A stretch of 64,000 nt of DNA, taken from NCBI RefSeq assembly GCF_027921745.1, contig NC_079238.1, forward strand, positions 1,054,001 through 1,118,000, given 5' to 3'. Shown here piece by piece: positions 12,694 through 23,510 of the stretch. The stretch is from Schizosaccharomyces osmophilus (Eukaryota). The notes beneath the pieces were generated by a model. It was not told the origin of the DNA and did no database searches. It saw only the letters and a list, made by a program, of their open reading frames with translations. Within the stretch, counting starts at the first letter, position 1. Each line of letters opens with the position of its first letter. The position numbers and the translations under genes are program-made.

Positions 12694-14513
12694 CTACTTC
12701 ATAAGCTGATCCACCACCCAGTCAACAGATAAAGTACGGAGATCACTGTACATTTGGCCTACGCCAACAAAAACTATAGGAACTCGCACACTATACACCA
12801 TACCGACCATGACGCCCACCATTTTTCCAACTGTATCAACTTTTGAAATAATGAATCCATCAAGGGGACGGTGATATAACGATGCTTGGAAATGTTTGGC
12901 CTGTGCTAAAGAGTCAGTACCGACTAATGCTTCAGCTACTTGAAAGATTTTGTCGAGCTTAGTAGCTTTGGTAAACTAGCAAAGTTAATAATCTATCATT
13001 TCTCAAAAAAAAAAAGCATAGTTTATGCGTACCTTTTCTAAAGAACCCATTAGTCTTTGGTCATTATGTCTCCGGCCAGCAGTATCAATTAGAATCACAT
13101 CAAAGTTGTTCTTTTTAGCATAATCAACGGCATTTTTTACGACAAAGCTAGAATCTTTTCCATAACCCTGAGCAAATAACTCGATAGAGCTTCCATTCAG
13201 GGATTGAAGGTTTTTCACATGTACTCCTAGCTGTTCTATAGCTCCAGAACGAAAAGTATCGCAAGCTGCGACCAGAATCCGAAAGTTGTTTGATAATAGC
13301 CAGTAAGCAAGCTTTGCCAGTGTAGTAGATTTGCCCACGCCATTAACACCAATTAAAGATATGGTGTAAGGTCTATCTTCATTTTTTTGAACGGCGCGGA
13401 TACTATGCAAAAGATCTAGAGACGTGCTTGGAGTAAGGATTTGTGTCAATGTTTCGCGGAAGGCATCATTTACCGTTTGCTTGACTGATTCAAAAGAGCC
13501 CAGTTTTTTGCCAATCAAGGACTTTTTAACTGATTCACAAAGTTCAAGACTAATTGAGTTGGCAACATTTTTTTGGATAAGGTGCTCTTGTACTTTTTTG
13601 AGCACAGGATCCAAGTCGTCCTCTTTTAAGTACTTACCCCCAATCAGTCCAGAAAAAAATGAAAAGGCGGATGATGAGGTGGTAGTAGAGTTTTGATCTG
13701 GATCGGCTTCTAAATCGCCAATAACGACCTCTCCCTTCTTAGTTTTCTGGAAGTTTGTATCACCAATAGCGTTTGACAGTTGCGAGGACGTAGAAGTTCC
13801 GTTTGGATTGTTTCCAGAGTAATTCAAAGCTTCTTCTTCTTCATTTGTCAATCGATCATCCCATCTTCGAAGCTCCTTCTTTCCTTTTTTGCTAGTGGGT
13901 GGAACTTGTTTTGAGGTGTGCGACTTTTGTCGAGGCTGTTCACGTGTAGAAGCCTTGTTTCTTCCTTGAAAATTCGTCTCTTGTAAACTTTTATTCTCCT
14001 TGTCGGAAACCTTGCTTAATTGAGCCAATTTAGCGTTGTATAACGGCACGAAATCCTTTATGATATCGCTCTCTGAAGGGAGTTCTTTGTTTTTCAACTG
14101 TTCTTGATATACATTAATGAAGATGTTATGCATACTATTCAGCAAGTTTTGCGTAAAAGCTTCGGCTTTTGCATCTTGGAAAGCGACCTAAAGGTGTCAG
14201 TAATTCGCTCTGGTACAAAGAGGTGAACGAAGTAATAATTAGATTTATAAAAAAAAATGTTCTAAAGTTACAGTCGTCCACGCACGTAAAATCGGGCGTT
14301 GCGTTTTCTTACCACGAAGACAATGCTGTTTTGGATTGACTCTTGGAATTGTATTGTAAAACGATCTTGATGGAATGAAGTCTCCATGTTTTTTCGTTCG
14401 CTTAAAAAGGCCTCATAAAATAATACTTGTAAACATTTCTGGCAAGCAGCAGAATCTGATGTTTTCCAAAGGACTATGCCTCCTTTCGTAGCAATTGCAA
14501 ATAAGTCTAACAT
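12694..14513 (-). CDS. srp101: SRP receptor alpha subunit (3 exons)
   Basis: SRX longin N-terminus MLDLFAIATKGGIVLW; GTPase motifs GVNGVGKSTT, DTFRSGAIEQL, DTAGR; C-terminal VGVGQMYSDLR. Confidence 0.95.
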
Positions 14514-15319
14514 TTTAATTCTTCTTTATTTTTCTCGTCTGTAATTCCATAAAAAAAGTAAAGAAATTCTGTTTTTTGATGTGTACAGCGTTTGCGTTCC
14601 AACGTTCATAAACTGCTATCATAGCTACTTACTTTCAGATAAAGGATCATAGCGCAGTCCTATAAAGCGTTAAAGAACTGAAACGAGGTGGGTGAATTCG
14701 AATAAAGAAAAGCATGGTTTGGAAATTGGAAAAAGATATTCAATTGAAAAAATTTTCCTTTAAAAATTCTCTTTATTTGTATCTTTAAAATTATTTCAGC
14801 ATACTTAAATCTCTTGAACTTCTAGTACAGGAAGAATTCTCAGCTTTCTTACCTGTAGTCTGCTTTGTTTACGGTGAAAAAAAGCCATACATCTGTTCTT
14901 TTTACAGAAGAAGCCAATAAGTGCTATTTCAGTCCTTTTGTTCGCTTCTCTTAGCTAAATATTAGTATTCATGTTTTGGCCATGGACGAGGGAAATTCCA
15001 ACGACAAAAAAATGATGTTTTAAAAATCTTTAGTTTGTAATTTTTCTACAATTTCAGACACTACTCAGTCTTCTGGTCGAGCGAAGGAAAATTGTACATA
15101 TAGTGAATATGTAAAAGATCAATAAATATAAAATGAATGATGCTGTGAAACGAATAAGAAGATTCATGAAAGAGAAATGAGAAAAGCAATCAAAGTCTGC
15201 TGGTTTCATCTGATCCAAGCTTTTGTGGAAACGAATACAGGAACTTGGTAGACTGCAATTGACATCGATGTTTCCAAAGAAGGAGCGAATGTAAAGATCG
15301 AAAGCGGTTTCGGTAAAAC

Positions 15320-16464
15320 TCAAACTTCAGCGATTTGCTCAGCAAGAGGCTGAAGTTCGATTTCTTCGTTACGAGGTGTTTCTTCTCCTCGATTTGTTCC
15401 TTATAAATAGGTTAGTAGGATGTTACGAAAGAAAACATAACACAATGTACAATACCTGAATCCCACAACAAAAAGTCTACCATAACGCTTAGACTCATTC
15501 CTATGCTCTTTTTCACGGTTTTTGCGAAACTAACGCAGCTAGAGTTTACGCTTTCACGAGCCTTTCCGTTTACTAGAAGAGTTAGAATATTTCGCGGGTG
15601 TATGACATACTCGTCAAATAAAGAAACAAGACAAAGTTAACAAAACAAACAGCATAGAAAAAATTGTTGTTTATCTTTTCAAATCCTGTGAACTTCTTTG
15701 CAGCATAATACGCGGTGAAACCGAGGACATCGAGAAAACACACACATAATACTGAGATACACATAGCTGACAATACGTTTTTGGTTGCTCTTCCAGCTTG
15801 CGTGAGCCCTTGTTTGGCCTGCGGGAACCATTCTTTAGGCATTTGAAATATTGCTAATAGTTAGTAAGTCGCTCAAAGTGAAAGATATCGTTGTTGAATT
15901 ACCAAGCAGAAACAATACAAAGGCTGCAACAAAGCCACCAAAAAGCCCCCAAAGGGTTTTCGCATTCACAGAAGCCTTGAAACCAAAAAATAACACAAGA
16001 AGAATAGCATAGGCCACAATATACCCAATAGTTATAGGCAACAAGATGCCTGCTAAGACTTTCTGGCAAAGCACCACATCCCAACCAGAATTATTAGCGG
16101 AATTCTGAGCGGATCCATCAGCCATTTCTAAATCGATAAACTTGTTTGAAGCTAATGGATGCATTAGTAACTGTTCTTTCGTTGTTTGTGAAAAGGATAG
16201 AGGTATTCGCCCTGTTTGTTGGCAGTTATCGACCAGGTGATTGAATTCAAACCCAACAATCAAATAAACAAGCATAATTCTTCCATCATGAGCCGTTCAA
16301 ACAAGAACACAAAGAATAAACCTTTCCTTTCCATTTCAACTAATCTTACCTGAATACGGAGGAGGCGTACCATCAGAAGGAAACGACTGACTATCTGCCT
16401 TTTCATCATTGAGCGTTTTGGAAGAGTCATCAGAATCTGAAATAGGAGAGTACTTGTTTTTCAT
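15320..16464 (-). CDS. wtf: wtf-family meiotic driver (poison/antidote) gene, copy 1; exons 16350..16464, 15903..16151, 15611..15853, 15456..15572, 15320..15399 (~267 aa)
   Basis: Exon 1 MKNKYSPISDSDD...GTPPPYS has the Wtf-type N-terminus and a PY motif. Intron 1 is 198 nt. Exon 2 has IDLE and TM helices; the C-terminus is EEIELQPLAEQIAEV*. All introns are GT..AG with branch sites and keep the frame. Adjacent to 5S rDNA. Confidence 0.88.
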
Positions 16465-16821
16465 ATTTACAATGGCAAGTAGAGCCCAAAATAGCGCCGA
16501 TATTTACACTCCAAACGTCAATTTTTGAACCACCAAGAAAAGTCCGTAGGAACTGGTTCCGCTCTTCACAGATCTGTCAAAAAAAGGAATTGGACCTTGC
16601 TTAAAAGCAAAATTTGTTTTGCAAGATTAGTTTGCTTTAAAACCAAAGATGCGAGTTTGAAAAAATCTTGGTATTGGGCCTTTCGCATGTCTCAATTCAT
16701 AAAAGCAGCGAGCGACATTATGTCACTGACTGGTCACAGTCCTCGTTACGATTATTCAACGTTTTTTTTTCATTATGACTTTCGTAATAGTATAATCCAA
16801 AAGAGTCGTTTATTACAAAAA

Positions 16822-16830
16822 GTAAACAAA
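16822..16830 (+). promoter_or_regulatory. FLEX-like forkhead (Mei4) site upstream of wtf copy 1
   Basis: GTAAACAAA, also present in the paralogous promoter at ~44289. Confidence 0.45.
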
Positions 16831-17031
16831 GGAACATTGGCAAAACAACCATGCTGTTTGCTTATATTATAAATAGCTGGATTCGAAATGCATATGTTTA
16901 TGTTAGAAGGTTCCGTGACTTTTGGCTTATTGAATTATTAAATCAAGGATGACCATTGCTTTATCTGCAATCACAAGTATCGCTAAGTCAAAAGACCATG
17001 CCGATCAAACAAAAGAACAAGAATTGCAAAA

Positions 17032-17150
17032 AGCCTACAGCATCCCGGATTCCCATGTTGTCTCCAACCATAGTACTAACGAGACCCTCAGACGCTTAAC
17101 TGCAGTGATCGGACGGGAACTGGTGTTTTCGCCTAGGTGTGGCCGTAGAC
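17032..17150 (-). rRNA. 5S rRNA gene (intact)
   Basis: 119 nt, GTCTACGGCCACACCTAGGCGAAAACACCAGTTCCCGTCCGATCACTGCAG...GCTGTAGGCT, followed by an oligo-T Pol III terminator. TATA-like element about 25-30 nt upstream. Confidence 0.97.
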
Positions 17151-17836
17151 GTGGATACGAGGACTATTAGAAATATAAAAAAAATTATATTAGCGCAATG
17201 ATAAGAATAAAGTGCTGTTAATCATCTGGCCCCATTAAATAAAGAAAAACTTTCGGAGTTATAGCTTTACCACAATCAGAGCAACTTCGGTAGGCGATTT
17301 TAGAAATGCACAAAACCAAAACAGGTACTTGTAAACGTACATTTCCATATACTTTTCGTTTTATGCAATGCGACACACAACTTAGAGCAATCTTGCTACC
17401 CTTGTTTACATTGGCATATAAACAATAGACGCAGAAAGTAATAAATGTGCTTTGCTCAATTTTCACTATAGTAAGCCTTACTGCTGTGGATTAATATAAA
17501 CTAAATCAGAATAGTCGTTTAAATAGTCATAAAAATTCCTTAAGATCATGAACAAATAATTTTCTACTAAATTGATCTATTTAGTATAGTGCTACGTAAC
17601 AGTGTTAAGATGGTTAATGAACATATCTATTTGCGTTAATTCATTTAAAGATTTGGAGCGAATCGGTAAACCAAAAGAAAAGACTTGGCTTTTACCAAAC
17701 TGTAAATTCTTGGGAATACTTGTATGAATGAGCATACGAGTACTGTTGAAAGTATATAGAAAAAGGATAGTACGTTATAAAAAATTTTTTCTCTGTTGCT
17801 CGTCCAGTTACCTGAAACCTCCTTTTCATAAGCAGC

Positions 17837-18934
17837 ATGAAGCGTAGAGCTGTTTTAGAGGCGTTTGAAGGATCCGACGATGAAAATGAAGATGCTTTAA
17901 GAGACCCTCAGTTTATTACTGGACTTAACAAAAACGGTGACGTTGAATACAAAAACAAGGAAATTCAACAGGCCCATATTGAAAAAAGAACACCCAAGAT
18001 CATTCATGTCCCAGCAAATAAAACTTGGCTTGAAGACAGAAAAAACAGAATCGAGCAACAAACACGTCAAAAAGAAAAGGAAGATGTTACAGAACGACTT
18101 CCTGAAATAGGTTTAAGCTATGGTCTTAATGTGAAACAGTCTGCTATTGAATCAACGAACCCAGCAGATGCAGATAAGCCAGCCAGCGTTGAAACAGAAG
18201 CTACTTTTTCTTCTTTATCCAACCAAAATGCACCCGGGGAAAAGGATTCTTCTGATATTCCGTTGGAGGTGAAGATGATTTTGGAAAATCAAAATAGTGA
18301 GAATGCACTCTCAAACTCGTCTCAAGCTAAAATTATTTCCAATCAAGCAGCGGACGAACGAGAAATGTATAACCGTGATATAGAATTGCTCCCGAATTCT
18401 TCCGATTTAAGGGATTATGCCGATATACCAGTAGAAGATTTTGGTGCTGCAATGCTTCGAGGTATGGGTTGGAATGGAAAACTATCTTCAAAAGAAGCAT
18501 TCGAGGTCAACCGTCGCCCTACCTTTCTTGGAATGGGTGCGAAGCCCATGGATTTAGGAGTTCCTGAAGTGGGAAGTTGGGGAAAACAGGATCCAAAAAA
18601 GACAATGTTTTTGCCTGTTAAGGCCGTTGGAGATGATTCAATTGACGAAAGAAATCATAGCACCCCAGTAGAACTTGCACGTTCTTCCTCATCTGTTTCC
18701 CCTCACAGAGAAAGCAAAAGGTCTTCTCCTTCTTTAGCTCACAAGACAGCAAGAAGTCCCTCTCCTTCTCGATCGTCACGGCATCGAAAGTATTCTTCGT
18801 TAGGCCGTGAACGGACACGAGATCGCGACAGATATGCTTACCATAGACACCCTAGTAGAGACGATCATATTTATGAAGAAAGAAGAAGGCGATATGGGAC
18901 GTCTGATTATAATAATCGGCGAAACCGAAGATAA
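17837..18934 (+). CDS. cwf28: G-patch splicing factor Cwf28 (Spp2-like)
   Basis: G-patch PVEDFGAAMLRGMGW..RRPTFLGMGA; RS/RD-rich tail. Confidence 0.85.
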   Translation: MKRRAVLEAFEGSDDENEDALRDPQFITGLNKNGDVEYKNKEIQQAHIEKRTPKIIHVPANKTWLEDRKNRIEQQTRQKEKEDVTERLPEIGLSYGLNVKQSAIESTNPADADKPASVETEATFSSLSNQNAPGEKDSSDIPLEVKMILENQNSENALSNSSQAKIISNQAADEREMYNRDIELLPNSSDLRDYADIPVEDFGAAMLRGMGWNGKLSSKEAFEVNRRPTFLGMGAKPMDLGVPEVGSWGKQDPKKTMFLPVKAVGDDSIDERNHSTPVELARSSSSVSPHRESKRSSPSLAHKTARSPSPSRSSRHRKYSSLGRERTRDRDRYAYHRHPSRDDHIYEERRRRYGTSDYNNRRNRR

Positions 18935-19277
18935 ATGAACCAACAAAGGGAAATTACTAAGGTTAGAACGGAATACAACTAATCCTTGAGCTATTTTCAT
19001 GGAATGGACTTGCAACAGAAAAATCTTTTTCATGATGATTATTTACGTTTATAAATAAGAAAAAATATTTATGCTAAGTCGTAATAATAACAATTATGAA
19101 TTCATAAACCTACCATAGATCAAGAAAAAAAAAAATAACAACGCCAAATTAAACATCATAAGCCAAAATCCATCCCAACATCTTTGCTTTGTTTTAGCTC
19201 AAAGCCTACCATTATCAATAATAAAACCGTGTTCCGCTATTAAAGATAAAAGTGAGACACCAAGGAATTTTTTACTT

Positions 19278-20159
19278 TTATAAAGACTTTTCCAGCGAGT
19301 CATGGAAAGACTTCCATTCTTCGGTAGTGAAGATTTCAGGGTAAGTGCTTTGGAATTCCTTGACAGATTTTACAAAACTTTGTACATCGGAGACACTCAA
19401 GTTATGTTTGAAAAACAAGGCAAGTGTGTGTAGTGCTTTGGCGACGCAGTCTTCGTCGGAGGAGTGTTGTAGTGCAAATTGATAAACCTTGTTTGTAAAA
19501 GAATAGGTTTTGGCTTTCTCTAAAAGAACCTGTTTTGACTTGTCTTCTTGAATTAACAGGGAATTAAAGAAAAAGATCACACGCTTGGTCATGTTGGAAT
19601 GTTTCATATCAAGGATAGCATCCAATTGGTTCCAACCATTCTCTATCTTGTCGAGTGAAAGAACGCCGGGTTCGTTATGTTTCAGCTCACTGGTGATAGC
19701 ATACAAAATTTTACTTCTGGCTTCATCCGAGTCCTCCTTGTGCAAACTAGTAAACAGCTTTGTCAAACCATCATTTTCAATTAAATCGTTTTGAGAACGA
19801 GGATTGTTTTGCACAGCAGTAGCAATAACCCAGGCGCTTAGTTTTCGAAGAGATGGTTCGGGGTTTTCGAGTTGCTTCAATAAACGAGGCCACATCTGCA
19901 ATGGCTTCAAATTATTCGCATTATCGATTTGTTCAACAAGCATTTCCAAGTTGTCGAATGCAATCTCCTTTTGGTCGAGGGGGACAGACTCGTCCTCAAT
20001 GCCGTCCATAGCATGTCTCATTTCATCTGCAGGATTTGACCCAAATATATGATCCAAAACAGAAGTATCCAAATTTTGATTATTCGAGGGAGGAGGAGGA
20101 TTGGTAGATCCACCTCCTTGAGCCTGTAATTCAGTCGCGAATGCTAACAATTTCTCCAT
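19278..20159 (-). CDS. fes1: Hsp70 nucleotide exchange factor Fes1
   Basis: MEKLL; AFDNLEMLVEQIDNANNL; AWVIATAVQNNPRSQ armadillo repeats. Confidence 0.93.
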   Translation of the reverse strand: MEKLLAFATELQAQGGGSTNPPPPSNNQNLDTSVLDHIFGSNPADEMRHAMDGIEDESVPLDQKEIAFDNLEMLVEQIDNANNLKPLQMWPRLLKQLENPEPSLRKLSAWVIATAVQNNPRSQNDLIENDGLTKLFTSLHKEDSDEARSKILYAITSELKHNEPGVLSLDKIENGWNQLDAILDMKHSNMTKRVIFFFNSLLIQEDKSKQVLLEKAKTYSFTNKVYQFALQHSSDEDCVAKALHTLALFFKHNLSVSDVQSFVKSVKEFQSTYPEIFTTEEWKSFHDSLEKSL

Positions 20160-21299
20160 TTTTTTTCTAAAGTTTCAAGGGAAGCTAAAAGGTCTATGAG
20201 GATAAAATCAAATTCTTTCAAGAAATTTTTGCAATTGACAAGTATTGTATGGTGGGTCGTTTCACGAGAAACAGCAATTCTAATCAATAAGTACGAGGTT
20301 TGAAATTTCTCTAGACGGTTCTAGCAAAAACTCGTTTCTTCAACTGATTTTAGTAATATAATTATATTTGCTCGTGTTTAATCTTGAACACTTCCTATAA
20401 GATTATGTAAATAAATAATAAATAAAAAATCGGCGTTTTTTTTTCTTTCACAGGATGTCGTCAAGCAATGAGAATCGAGTTGTTTTTTTTTTGATAGTGT
20501 TGTTTTTCGAGTCCAAAATGAATGGTTCAACTGATGACAATTTCAAATAATAAGCCATTGCGACTTGATCCGTAGTGGTACCCAAAAATAGTTTCGTTCG
20601 CACATAAAATAAAAAGCCACGAATAATCTCTTACTTACATGATTCCTTTAGTTTCTAGCCATAGTCTTTACTCGCATTCTTTGGCAAGTTCACAAGCCAA
20701 AACTCATTTATAGGATACAGACAGAAAGTCACTGAAAAGAGACTTAACTGCTTATGCTTCCATTTAGAACAATGAAATGTCATAAATAAGAAAGAAGAAG
20801 AACCTGTTTTTGCTCTGGTTTTGATTTTCCTCATGACAGGCATGCCACAGTCGTAAACATGATAATGAAAACGATCATTATCAGAAAAACTCATTTTTTT
20901 TTGGATCTTCATTTTAACAATTCTTATATCCAGCTTCTTTTATTGCGACGTGATGCTCATTCTCTTTGTCTCCCAATCGATCCCTTCAAATTTGCTGCCT
21001 TTTCTATACTACTACTACTACCATTTGACATTCTGGATGAATTCTGTTGAAAGTCAAATTTGAGGTTTTTGGTTTACTTCATTCAATATTTCTTTTCGTA
21101 CTATGCTGTAAACACAGTTTTCTGTCAAAGATTTACGTTTCTTTTTCATCCTATTTATTTTCATATTTCATTGGGTCGTGAATAATTCTTTCGATCTTTT
21201 TTTGATTTTTTTTCTTTAATAGTTTTTTTTTTTTTTTTTTTTTTCTTTCTACCTTTTCTTATTTTTCTGAACATCAGCTTCGGTCGATTATTTTTTAAA

Positions 21300-22499
21300 A
21301 TGAAATTGCCTCCTCTAGTTGAAAATTATTCCTCCGAATCTTTTGCGGTACCTAGAAAACCTACTCTTTCTAAAATAGATACATTGTCACGGCATCAAAA
21401 ATCGACTTCTGGTTATGTTGGCACCGCAGGTCCTGGTCGACGTATTGGAAACTGGATCATCAAACGCACCATTGGCTCTGGAAGTATGGGAAAAGTGAAA
21501 CTTGCTATCCATACTATCACTGGTGAAAAGGCTGCTATGAAGATGATTCCAATCACTCCTGCCAACACGAAGCAAACTGTACGCATACAACGCGAAGCAT
21601 TGCTGGGGCGCGTTTTACGACACCCAAATATCTGTCCTGTCGTCGAAACTATAAAAACTCCAACCTGCACCTACATTTTGTTTGAATACATTGGCGGTGG
21701 CCAGCTTTTAGAATATATTTTGGCAAATGGGCGGTTGGACGAAGGTATTGCTCGTTTATTTATGATTCAACTTTTGGATGCTTTGCGGTACCTCCATCAA
21801 AATCTTATTGTCCACCGAGATTTAAAAATTGAAAATATCCTGCTTACCGAAGACTTGCGTCAAGTAAAGCTTATCGATTTTGGTCTAAGCAACTTTTACA
21901 GTCAGACTGATTTGCTACAAACCTATTGTGGTAGTCTGTACTTTGCAGCTCCAGAGCTTTTGGACGCTGTCCCATACACTGGCCCTGAAGTGGATGTTTG
22001 GAGCTTAGGTGTGGTTTTGTACGTTATGGTTTGTGGTCGTGTCCCTTTTGACGATGTTTCCGTTCCCATGCTTCATTCGAAAATCAAATCTGGTAAAATT
22101 GAGTTTCCCTCTTACCTTTCCAGCGAATGTCGTGTTCTAATGAGTGCTATGTTAAATGTGGATCCAAAAAAACGAATACCTTTAGAGCAAACCAGCCGAT
22201 TTCCGTGGTTTAAACAATCATCCTTTTGTAATTATTTATCTCCTTTGATGTCTTCAAGTTTCCCAGGAATATCTTCCATCCGTTCCTCCATGCTTAAACC
22301 TCCGTTTAACATAAAGGTTTTGCAATTGCTCCATGATCACGGATTTTCGAGCATTCCTGAACTTAAGCACGAGCTTTTCATGGCATACACAGAGAGAAAA
22401 ACCACCCCTTTGGTGTGCTTGTACATTTTAGGTATAGAAAGCTTCGCCCCTACCTTACAAATACCCAAAGCCCTTCCACCAGTTCATAGCAGGTATTAA
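21300..22499 (+). CDS. ppk25: Ser/Thr protein kinase, Kin1/MARK-like
   Basis: GSGSMGKV, HRDLKIEN, DFG, TYCGSLYFAAPE. Symbol from recalled synteny next to ste11. Confidence 0.85.
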   Translation: MKLPPLVENYSSESFAVPRKPTLSKIDTLSRHQKSTSGYVGTAGPGRRIGNWIIKRTIGSGSMGKVKLAIHTITGEKAAMKMIPITPANTKQTVRIQREALLGRVLRHPNICPVVETIKTPTCTYILFEYIGGGQLLEYILANGRLDEGIARLFMIQLLDALRYLHQNLIVHRDLKIENILLTEDLRQVKLIDFGLSNFYSQTDLLQTYCGSLYFAAPELLDAVPYTGPEVDVWSLGVVLYVMVCGRVPFDDVSVPMLHSKIKSGKIEFPSYLSSECRVLMSAMLNVDPKKRIPLEQTSRFPWFKQSSFCNYLSPLMSSSFPGISSIRSSMLKPPFNIKVLQLLHDHGFSSIPELKHELFMAYTERKTTPLVCLYILGIESFAPTLQIPKALPPVHSRY

Positions 22500-23510
22500 G
22501 GAAATCCATGCCGATGGCCTTGTTGTGACTAAAAGTTTGAACTTGAAAAGCCGTGGTGGTACCCTGCTACTTTTTGTTCGACGAACAACGTAAAACCCCT
22601 CTAATGAAACGCTGATGATTCTACCCTTTCAGTCTTGCTGTTTTTTTTTATGAAACTTGAAACCTATATTTCCTCTATTTCGTTTGTGCATCGCTTTCTT
22701 CGCCTTTAGGATCATAGCTTGCTAGTTTATTTTTCTTTTTGATTTTTCTTTTATGCTAGCTTTTGTAATTCCCTTTTCTTATTCCTTGGTCGTTTTTTTT
22801 TTACTCCTTCATACTATGATTCCTTCTTCCATCTAACTATTCTTAAGTTTAATTTACCGTCTCGTAGTTGTTTTTATTTTTGGTTTTGGTTTTTGCGTTT
22901 TTTTGCATGAATAATTATATATTTCTTTTCTACTTGATTGCTTGTTTAAACTATTCCTATTGTTTACTATTTGCGTAGTTAAATAATCCCATTCTTTCAT
23001 AAAAAAAATTTTTTGTATATTGTACATACTACATACATATATATATTATTAGGAATCAATATTAGTCACTAAAGTCTCGTCCAACGCATCGCAGATACGC
23101 CTTGGTCTCTTTCAGCGCTGTTTGTTCACCAGCATATGGTGAACAAACACAACGAGCTCAATTACACAAATTAAAATTATTTATAAAAAAAGAACGGGAG
23201 AAAAAAAGAAAGAAAAGGAACTTTGAAGTTGTCTCAAACATTGGTTCACAGGCAACGAAAAGTACAAAAAGAACATCAAGGGTCAGTTCAGTCCAAGGGA
23301 AACTAAAAGAAAAAAGATTAAAAAAAATTTTCCATATCTTTAAGTTTACTAATGTGAGTACAATCACTCAGCATAAAAATAGGATCGTGAAATCGGCTTT
23401 GGAATCATACATGCGCACTTTTTTCCAAATCAAAATTATATTATATAGAAATCAAATAATTAGGATCGTTCATTAATAATCAGTCATATGCGCAGAATAA
23501 ATGTTTTTTA

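Noticed and set aside
14520..15130. Search for a left-hand 5S copy, LTR or target-site duplication beside wtf copy 1
   Set aside because: No recognisable 5S, LTR or TSD sequence found by eye.
15054..15323. ORF 15054..15323 and its paralogs 42575..42814 and 42685..42957
   Set aside because: These fall in the 3' UTR or alternative frames of the wtf genes. The similarity is explained by the duplicated cassette, and the starts are non-ATG or out of frame.
16949..17170. 73-aa ORF
   Set aside because: It is the antisense reading of the 5S rRNA gene.
23102..23476. 124-aa Lys-rich ORF downstream of ste11
   Set aside because: A-rich antisense reading of the ste11 3' UTR with a non-ATG start.
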